Source: Paraspadella gotoi (Eukaryota; Animalia; Chaetognatha). Taken from it: 64,000 bases of DNA. The DNA lies in contig CM119264.1 in NCBI GenBank assembly GCA_051294375.1, positions 4,949,955-5,013,954 of the forward strand, given 5' to 3'. Below the pieces are notes generated by a model. The model did no database searches. It was not told the origin of the DNA and saw only the letters and a list, made by a program, of their open reading frames with translations. A program made the translations under genes and the position numbers. Below, piece by piece: positions 56,336-64,000 of this stretch (the stretch's first letter is position 1; each line of letters begins with the position of its first letter).

Positions 56336-58696
56336 TAGATTTCGAGTATCGTCTAAGATACGATTTGCATGAATAAAGATGTACATTGTACAAGCGACGT
56401 ATCATAAGACATTTATATTAAAAATATTATACCGTACTTCATATATTATAATTTATATCATGAAATATATATAATAGATATAGTCTTATTTACTATTCGG
56501 GTCTGTTAAATTTAGTCAGGGATATATTACAGGCGAAAGGCGATTAAAGCCGATTACGTCTTGAACCAACCACAGTGATCAGAGCTAAAGTGAATCCCGT
56601 GTGAAAATATTCGTCGTGTCATCGTCGTTGTCATCGTCTTGGTCATCGTCATTGGTCATCATCGTTTTTCGTCGTCTTTGTTTTCATCGTCGATTGTCGT
56701 GTCGTTCGTCGTCGTCGTTGTCATCATCCTCTTTCATCGATGTTCGTTGTCATCGTCGTTCGTCATCGTCGTTCATCATCATCATTGTCACCATCCTCTT
56801 TTATCGTTGTTCTTTGTCGTCGTTCGTCGTCATTGTCATCATCCTCTTTCATCGACGTTTGTCGTCGTCGTTGTCATCATCCTTTTTCATCGACGTTCGT
56901 CGTCGTCGTTGTCATCGTCCTCTTTCATCGTCGTCGTTTGTCATCATCCTATTTCGACATCATTCCTCCTTTTCTCGGCGAAACAAAATCCCGCTTCGCT
57001 TCCATCGAATTCTCTTGAATTTATTGACAAAATTGAATTAATCTTTTTATTTTCGTCTGAGTTGATCGTCACATTATCATTGTTAACGGCAGGGACTCAT
57101 TCATCGAGGGGCCGTCGGGGTCGTCGTCGTCGTCGTCGTCGTCGTCGTCCATCGTCGTCGTCGTCGTCATTCGCCCTCCCCCTCCCCCCCCTCAGTCACC
57201 AACGTACTCGTTTCCCCTTCTTTCTTGCGTCGTTAACTTTAATGGTCGTAATTTCGAAATGTTACTTTTTTGACGGCGAATGTCTTTTTGATGGCGTTGA
57301 TTGCCATTTTCGACGGCATTGATTGCCACTTTTGATGGCGTTGATTGCCACTTTTCGATGCCAGCGTCTCATCTAATGGCGATCGTTGTCTCGTTGATGA
57401 CAGGACATGTCATTCGGATTAAAAACTTCGAAAATTATTTTAACGATTTTTTTTTTCCCGTCACCTAAGTTGGTCAGATTAAAGCGGAAAGTTGAGCGAC
57501 ATAAATGTTGGCAGAGATCGAGAGAAAGTGAACGAGGAGAAAAGCAAAGTAAATGAACTAGAGAGAGAGAGAGAGAGAGAGAGAGTCAGTAAACAGTTGC
57601 TCCGGCGATCACAAAACATGAGTTACCAATTCTGATTCTCGATTGACTTCAAGGATTAAGAAAGAAGAGCCAAAACAAAAACAATCCTAGTAAATAAAAA
57701 AACTTTAAAAAAACAAAACAAAACAAAAAACAAACAGAAGAAAAAACCTCCCCATCACCATACCTACCCCAGCCACAGCCCCCACTCCCTCCCCATCACC
57801 TACCCAGCCACAGCCCCCACTCCCACCATCTCCAAACTCACCAAACTCGGGCAGAGACTCCACAGAAAGACGACCTGATCGGGAGGCGTGTCTTCGTCGG
57901 CGGCGAGAAGTTTCCTTTCGGTCAGCGTCTCGTTTCGCGTATTCAACGACGATCGCTTCGTTGACTACGACGATCGGTCGTTCGTCGTTGACGCTGGCGA
58001 CTTTTACGTCGAATCGCGCCTCGATTTCGTTGACGCCGTCAGATGTCGGATGACGAAAGAGTCGGTCGACGTCTCTCGCCGTCGTGACGGTAGACGAGGC
58101 GTCGCCCGCCGTCGCTGACGTTTCCGAGACGGACCACGACGTCGAGGATCGAGAGGGGGCGTTGACGACGCTTCACGCTGACCGGCGTCGCCTCCTCGTC
58201 TCCAACGTCAACGTCCGTGGGACGGCGCCGATTTGACGAAGATCGAAATACGTCGCCGGGAATGTCCTCGTCAACGGCGTCCATCGTCTCGGAGGAACTA
58301 TCGCAGCGCCACCTTCTTTGACGTCAAGACTCGCGGCGTCGTCGGCGCATCTCATCGCGGCGCCTCGTCTTTCGTCGGCGTGATTTCGACGGCGAGAGAA
58401 ACGACGCCGCTTCGAGATTCGCCAGAGTCGACGACGAAGATAGAGACGGAGTCGTTCGTGGGTTCCACGCCGCGATGGAGACTCTGAACGTAGGAGACGC
58501 GCGCCGTCCACTACGTCGCCGTAAGTGAAGAGGGTTGCTGCGGCGTCTGCGGCAGTGTCAGCGGCTGCCGCGGCAGCGTCGCGGCGGCGNNNNNNNNNNN
58601 NNNNNNNNNNNNNNCTGTCGTCGTGTTCATCGTCGTCTTCATTGTCGTCGTCGCCGCCTTTGAACTATTTCTCATGAATTCACCGCATGACTTTTT

Positions 58697-58784
<88 letters not shown>

Positions 58785-61700
58785 TGAAAAATAGATTTCG
58801 AGTATCGTCTAAGATACGATTTGCATGAATAAAGATGTACATTGTACAAGCGACGTATCATAAGACATTTATATTAAAAATATTATACCGTACTTCATAT
58901 ATTATAATTTATATCATGAAATATATATTAATAGATATAGTCTTATTTTACTATTCGGGTCTGTTAAATTTAGTCAGGGATATATTACAGGCGAAAGGCG
59001 ATTAAAGCCGATTACGTCTTGAACCAACCACAGTGATCAGAGCTCAAAGTGAATCCCCGTGGTGAAAATATTCGTCGTTGTCATCGTCGTTGTCATCGTC
59101 TTGGTCATCATCGTTTTTCGTCGTCTTTGTTTTCATCGTCGATTGTCGTCGTCGTTCGTCGTCGTCGTTGTCATCATCCTCTTTCATCGATGTTCGTTGT
59201 CATCGTCGTTCGTCATCGTCGTTCATCATCATCATTGTCACCATCCTCTTTTATCGTTGTTCTTTGTCGTCGTTCGTCGTCATTGTCATCATCCTCTTTC
59301 ATCGACGTTCGTCGTCGTCGTTGTCATCATCCTTTTTCATCGACGTTCGTCGTCGTCGTTGTCATCGTCCTCTTTCATCGTCGTCGTTGTCATCATCCTA
59401 TTTCGACATCATTCCTCCTTTTCTCGGCGAAACAAAATCCCCGCTTCGCTTTCCATCGAATTCTCTTGAATTTATTGACAAAATTGAATTAATCTTTTTT
59501 ATTTTCGTCTGAGTTGATCGTCACATTTATCATTGTTAACGACAGGGACTCATTCATCGAGGGGCCGTCGGGGTCGTCGTCGTCGTCGTCGTCATTCGCC
59601 CTCGGTGACTGAGGGGGCCCCCTCAGTCACCGACGTGACTCGTTTCCCCTTCTTCTTGCGTCGTTAACTTTAATGGTCGTAATTTCGAAATGTTACTTTT
59701 TTGACGGCGAATGTCTTTTGATGGCGTTGATTGCCATTTTCGACGGCATTGATTGCCACTTTTCGATGGCGTTGATTGCACTTTTCGATGCCTGCGTCTC
59801 TATCTAATGGCGATCGTTGTCTCGTTGATGACAGGACATCGTCATTCGGATTAAAATCATCGACAAAATTCATTTCAACGATTTTTTTTTCCGTCACCTA
59901 AGTTGGTCAGATTAAAGCGGAAAGTTGAGCGACATAAATGTTGGCAGAGATCGAGAGAAAGTGAACGAGGAGAAAAGCAAAGTAAATGAACTAGAGATAG
60001 AGAGAGAGAGAGAGAGAGTCAGTAAACAGTTGCTCCGGCGATCACAAAACAGAGTTACCAATTCTGATTCTCGATTGACTTCAAGGATTAAGAAAGAAGA
60101 GCCAAAACAAAAACAATCCTAGTAAATAAAAAAAACTTTAAAAACAAACAAAACAAAAAACAAACAGAAGAAAAACCTCCCCATCACCATCACCTACCCC
60201 AGCCACAGCCCCCACTCCCTCCCCATCACCTACCCAGCCACAGCCCCCACTCCCACCATCTCCAAACTCACCAAACTCGGGCAGAGACTCCACCAGAAAG
60301 ACGACCTGATCGGGAGGCGTGTCTTCGTCGGCGGCGAGAAGTTTCCTTTCGGTCAGCGTCCTCGTTTCGCCGTATTCAACGACGATCGCTTCGTTGACGA
60401 CGACGATCGGTCGTTCGTCGTTGACGCTGGCGACTTTTACGTCGAATCGCGCCTCGATTTCGTTGACGCCGTCAGATGTCGCGATGACGAAAGAGTCGGT
60501 CGACGTCTCTCCGCCGTCGTGACGGTAGACGAGGCGTCGCCCGCCGTCGGCTGACGTTTCCGAGACGGACCACGACGTCGAGGGATCGAGAGGGGGCGTT
60601 GACGACGCTTCCACGCTGACCGGCGTCGCCTCCCTCGTCTCCAACGTCAACGTCCCGTGGGACGGCGCCGATTTGACGAAGACTCGAAGAACGTCGCCGG
60701 GAATGTCCTCGTCAACGGCGTCCATCGTCTCCGGAGGAACTATCGCAGCGCCACCTTCTTTGACGCTCAAGACTCGCGGCGTCGTCGGCGTCATCGTCCA
60801 TCGCGGCGCCTCGTCTTTCGTCGGCGTGATTTCGACGGCGAGAGAAACGACGCCGCTTCGAGATTCGCCAGAGTCGACGACGAAGATAGAGACGGAGTCG
60901 TTCGTGGGTTCCACGCCGCGATGGAGACTCTGAACGTAGGAGACGGCGCCGTCCACTACGTCGCCGTAAGTGAAGAGGGTTGCTGCGGCGTCTGCGGCAG
61001 TGTCAGCGGCTGCCGCGGCAGCGTCGCGGCGGCGTCGGACGCGTAGGTATCCAGCGTTGGGAGGAGAAGCGACGACGAAGGTGAGATGATGAAGCGCCGT
61101 GTCGGGATCGGAGAGAGCGAAGTGGGCGGGTGTGAGAGGGGCGGAGTTGGCTGAAGGTGGATGAGGGATGAAAGGAGTGAGTGGATTGATGAGGGAATGA
61201 ATGAATGAGTGAGGAAAATAATAAATGAATGAATGAATTAATGAATAAAAGAATAAATTAATGACAAAAATAAATGAATTAAAAAATTAATAATAAATCG
61301 ATCACATTTAAAGAGATCCCCAGACCATAGTCTACCTTCCACGCACACCAACGCCTCCTTCACCGCCACCGACGGCGCCTGATCGTCCACCGGAAGGACG
61401 ACGACGTTAACGTCCCACGTCCGCCGCCGCCGCCGCCGACGCTTCGCCCGCTGCTTCCCCCGCCGCCGACGCTCCCGCCGCTCCGCCCGCCGCTTTTGAT
61501 TCCGCTTGGTCTCTTGCTTGCTTCGACGCTTGGCCCGACCTTCCTCGCTCCCCGCGATTGCCACGCTGAAAGAGTCGCTGCCCGTTACGGTGCCGACCTC
61601 GCCCCCGGTGTGAAGGTAAGTCACTCCGCCGCGCCGCAGGTCCGCCGCGGTGAAGGCGGTGCAGCGGGTGGAGGGACAGGTGGTGGCGGGGGCGGGGCAG

Positions 61701-61829
61701 GATGCGGGGCGGCAGAGGATTTGACCGGAATCTAAAAAGGGGAAAAAATCATTATTTGATTACCGAGCTATTATATTGATTGATTGATTGATTGATTGAT
61801 TCATTGATAGATTGATAGATTAGATAGAT

Positions 61830-61860
<31 letters not shown>

Positions 61861-63769
61861 ATAGATTGATTGTTTAAATATTTTAAGCATTTTTAAAATT
61901 AAATCTGATTAGGTGACATTTAAATTTGCTGTTTAACTAATCTTACGATGAAAACGCAATGATTTTAAATAATTTTATTCATTCAAATTAAAATTTCAAA
62001 AAAATAAAAATAAAGGGAAAAACAAAAAAAATTTAAAAAGACAATTTTGCTTTCGATAAAAGGATAAAAAGAGAGAAATAAAAAAAACTCTCAACGGAAA
62101 CGAAAAAGAGAGAGAAAAAGCAAAACGAGGGAAATGGGAAAAAAAGAAAGAAAGAAAAAACAAAATGAGGGAAATGGGGGGAAAAAAGAAAGAAATAAAG
62201 CAAAACGAGGGAAATGGGTAAAAAAAAAAAAAAAAAAAAAATTAGGAAAATAGAAAAAAAAAGTAAGAAAAATCAAATTGTTTTTCATCTTCAGGAAGAG
62301 AAATAATTTTAAAAATGGAGGATTTTTCGCCTTTCGCTTCTCGAGGAGTAAATTGAGAGTAATTTCCAGCAAAAAGGAATTTTTTTTATTCATCGTTTTC
62401 TTTACGGGAAAGAAAACGACTTGAAATCCCCCATTTATTCTTTCTCTCTNNNNNNNNNNNNNNNNNNNNNNNNNNNNNNNNNNNNNNNNNNNNNNNNNNN
62501 NNNNNNNNNNNNNNNNNNNNNNNNNNNNNNNNNNNNNNNNNNNNNNNNNNNNNNNNNNNNNNNNNNNNNNNNNNNNNNNNNNNNNNNNNNNNNNNNNNNN
62601 NNNNNNNNNNNNNNNNNNNNNNNNNNNNNNNNNNNNNNNNNNNTCTCTCTCTCTGTTCTTCCCACAGCTGCACCTAAGTCGCTCACATAATTTTTTTCTG
62701 TCCTACTTAGTTCTTAATAAAAAAAAAGATTTAAAAAAATAAATTTAGGCTAACATGAATTGACAAGACAGGGAAAGGGTACCGTATAACCATGAGATTA
62801 TCACCTATATGTTCAAAGATTCTAGAACGAGTCTAAATAAATATACACAAAAAAAAAACAAATAAAAACTAACTAAATAACAAATATAACAAATAACAAA
62901 ACGAAACTATTACTACAGAAGAGAAAAAAAAAACAANNNNNNNNNNCTATGAGCTGCGATTGTTGTTTCTATTACTATGACGACGACGAGGACGATTACT
63001 ACAAGTCACGTAACCAAGCAACCGAATCGGACAACAAGGACGCCACAACTGGCAACGCCGACTTCATGGTAACGTCATCCTTCGACGCCGACGACGCGAT
63101 AGGCGACGCCGTCAGAGCGGAACTGGAAGCGGGATTTTCGCGCGGCGTCAAAAAGGTCGGGCGGCGTCGATCCAATAGGCATCAATCCGGCGTCCTTGGC
63201 GTCGGCGTCGGCGGCGGCGGCGGCGTCGGCGGCGGCGGCGATGTTAAGTTTAAGTTTACTACATTCTTTCCCAACGACGCCAACATCGACGGTGGAAAAG
63301 GAGAGCGCGAGATTGTAAGCGCCGGCAGCAGCGTCAGCGGCGGCGGCAGCGGCGGCGTCGGCGGCGAAAGTTACGATCTTCTGCCGAAATCGACGGAAGA
63401 AGCGAAAACCGGCGCCGACAAATACGACGTTCCATCCACGGCGTCGATGATCAAACGACGGCTGCGGAAATTGCAGCAACAACAGCAGCTCATTCAGCGA
63501 CAGCAACTCTATATACATCGTCTTCGTCAACAGCAAGATCAACGGAATCAGCAGCAGCCAATCATCGAGCTTCCGCCGAAAAAACATCAGCAGCAGCAGC
63601 AGGACGACCGACAATAAAAATTCGCAATACAAGATAAGATAACTTTACCTGGGATTTTACGACGACAAAGCCGACGTCGTCGTCGTCGCGTCGTCGTCGT
63701 CGTCGTCATCGTCGTCGTCGTGTGACGTTAAATTGACGTCAAGTAGACCGAGTGGATTATCGCTCGCGC
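31152..63769 (-). CDS. FREM1/FRAS1-related extracellular matrix protein (CSPG/cadherin-like repeats, C-terminal C-type lectin); 5' end lies beyond the window
   Basis: CSPG-repeat exons at ~63769-63649, ~61731-61336, ~61150-60272 (DAVDED..YRHDGGETSTDSFVIATSDG), 54467-54314, ~41327-41165, ~40363-40226, ~39224-39081, ~38768-38459, ~34878-34770 and ~34082-33920. The terminal exon ~32600-31152 encodes a C-type lectin (CKRGWKVYNGFCF..WDGAQRHC..FWIGLN..CALV..W..C..FIC). Several frameshifts are present. Confidence 0.85.
33491..33700 (+). mobile_element. Repeat family D copy 2 with twister motif (33601-33669)
   Basis: GUUGGC AAAG CGA GA UCG UCCUAGGG UAA CCG C GCC ... UCGGAAGC ... GCCAAC. P5 is perfect and P4 has decayed. 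Confidence 0.65.
34985..35116. mobile_element. ~104-bp insertion with a 14-bp target-site duplication and a 27-bp perfect inverted repeat
   Basis: Direct repeat ataatatcgctttc at 34985-34998 and 35103-35116; inverted arms at 34999-35025 and 35045-35071. Confidence 0.7.
35285..36082. repeat. ~800-bp segment duplicated in inverted orientation at ~42101-42940
   Basis: The reverse complement matches throughout, including the (GA)n tract. Confidence 0.85.
40595..41005. repeat. Degenerate (AAGTAA/AAGTAAG)n simple repeat
   Basis: Visible 6-7-bp periodicity. Confidence 0.85.
47267..52494 (+). CDS. Phytanoyl-CoA dioxygenase (PhyH)-family 2OG/Fe(II) oxygenase, nested antisense in a FREM intron
   Basis: Exons 47267-47399 (GQLSDQEIKTFFEEGYLVIE), 47513-47629, 47936-48084 (LLNIMEQLVGPE), ~48356-48520 (WNLRPKVP..VPWHQDNAY..DANAKNGCMQV), ~49551-49683 (GGFLLIQNCIPHR), ~50830-50942 (SLPNISDKIRWSLDL) and ~51556-51635 (GPWMNRWEIVHHN), with a tentative last exon 52462-52494. 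The HxD..H..R motif is present. Some indels and a gap. Confidence 0.85.
49049..49113 (+). ncRNA. Twister motif, family A copy 3
   Basis: Same motif. A C-to-U change in P4' keeps a G-U pair; the outer P5 has diverged. Confidence 0.7.
50036..50224 (-). mobile_element. tRNA-derived SINE family C with twister motif (50070-50146)
   Basis: The minus strand has an A-box-like TGGCTCATTGAG and a B-box GGTTCAATCC, then CGGG AAGC GU GA GGA CGGCCG UAA GC C GCC [P3 uugggg..ccucaa] G CCUGG UUCCAAGC CCAGG A CCCG. Confidence 0.75.
50510..50574 (+). ncRNA. Twister motif, family A copy 4 (one T1 mismatch)
   Basis: The loop reads UCAAAAGU instead of UCCAAAGU and P5' has one substitution; the rest is identical. 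Confidence 0.65.
51720..52421 (+). mobile_element. DINE-1/HINE-like element (family H2) with an internal ~20-bp tandem array
   Basis: 5' AACAAG, subterminal gtcggatctgc, (aactggcataatttggtc-like)n at ~51860-52260, a GACC/GACG microsatellite and the 3' hairpin agtcggaatctgctgataagcagatccgact-AAAA. Fragments at ~44025-44110 and ~53095-53240. Confidence 0.65.
55217..55281 (-). ncRNA. Twister motif, family A copy 5
   Basis: Reverse complement of the family A motif with structure-compatible changes (P5 U-to-C opposite G; P2 C-to-U opposite G); GA has become AA. Confidence 0.7.
56178..58589. other. Indel-rich duplicate of ~58616-61030 (probable assembly or haplotype redundancy across an N-gap)
   Basis: The sequence is colinear and near identical, including the FREM exon, which is frameshifted here but open at 60138-60956. 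The copies meet at the gap 58590-58615. Confidence 0.85.
62949..63617 (+). CDS. Possible terminal exon of another nested gene (222 codons, Gly/Gln-rich)
   Basis: Long open frame starting right after an N-gap, with a coiled-coil-like Gln-rich end and AATAAA overlapping the stop. It is low complexity and antisense to a FREM intron. Confidence 0.3.
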   Translation: MSCDCCFYYYDDDEDDYYKSRNQATESDNKDATTGNADFMVTSSFDADDAIGDAVRAELEAGFSRGVKKVGRRRSNRHQSGVLGVGVGGGGGVGGGGDVKFKFTTFFPNDANIDGGKGEREIVSAGSSVSGGGSGGVGGESYDLLPKSTEEAKTGADKYDVPSTASMIKRRLRKLQQQQQLIQRQQLYIHRLRQQQDQRNQQQPIIELPPKKHQQQQQDDRQ

Positions 63770-64000
63770 CTGCGAGGGACAAAGTCATCAACCGTTTTCA
63801 CATGTCAATCGCTACCTCATTACGCTCCATCACGGAAGCAATCATCTGCGCAATCATCTGTATGAAGTCTAGTATACAGTTGCCTATGTATTTTCTCTCT
63901 GCTCATTCATCGCTCGTTCCTCTGCTCATAATCATTATTCTTGCTCTCATCTCATCTTCAAACGTTACGCTCATCTGTTCATTCATTCATGTCGTTTCAC

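Noticed and set aside
56178-61030. True tandem exon duplication in FREM
   Set aside because: The copies abut an N-gap and differ mostly by single-base indels, so redundant assembly is more likely.

Overview
AT-rich, intron-rich invertebrate (metazoan) genomic DNA from a draft assembly with N-gaps and indel errors. I reconstructed six genes by hand from splice sites. On the minus strand: the 5' part of an SLC4 bicarbonate transporter, a divergent tropomyosin, a four-exon secreted CHH/ITP-like neuropeptide precursor (absent from the ORF track), a KIF17/OSM-3 kinesin-2, and the 3' part of a FREM1/FRAS1-like matrix gene. On the plus strand: a PhyH-family dioxygenase nested in a FREM intron. The most striking signal is non-coding. 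Four otherwise unrelated dispersed repeat families each carry a type-P5 (circularly permuted) twister ribozyme fold. Their pseudoknot pairings covary between families, and in all four P1 is reduced to a loop-less palindrome (AGGCCU, GGCGCU, CGGCCG, UCCUAGGG). This suggests minimal or dimer-dependent twister retroelements, and one tandem pair could release a 324-nt circularisable monomer. The window also has Penelope-type minimal hammerheads, DINE-1/HINE-like elements and tandem arrays of duplicated splice acceptors. All calls are by eye; no searches or folding were run.
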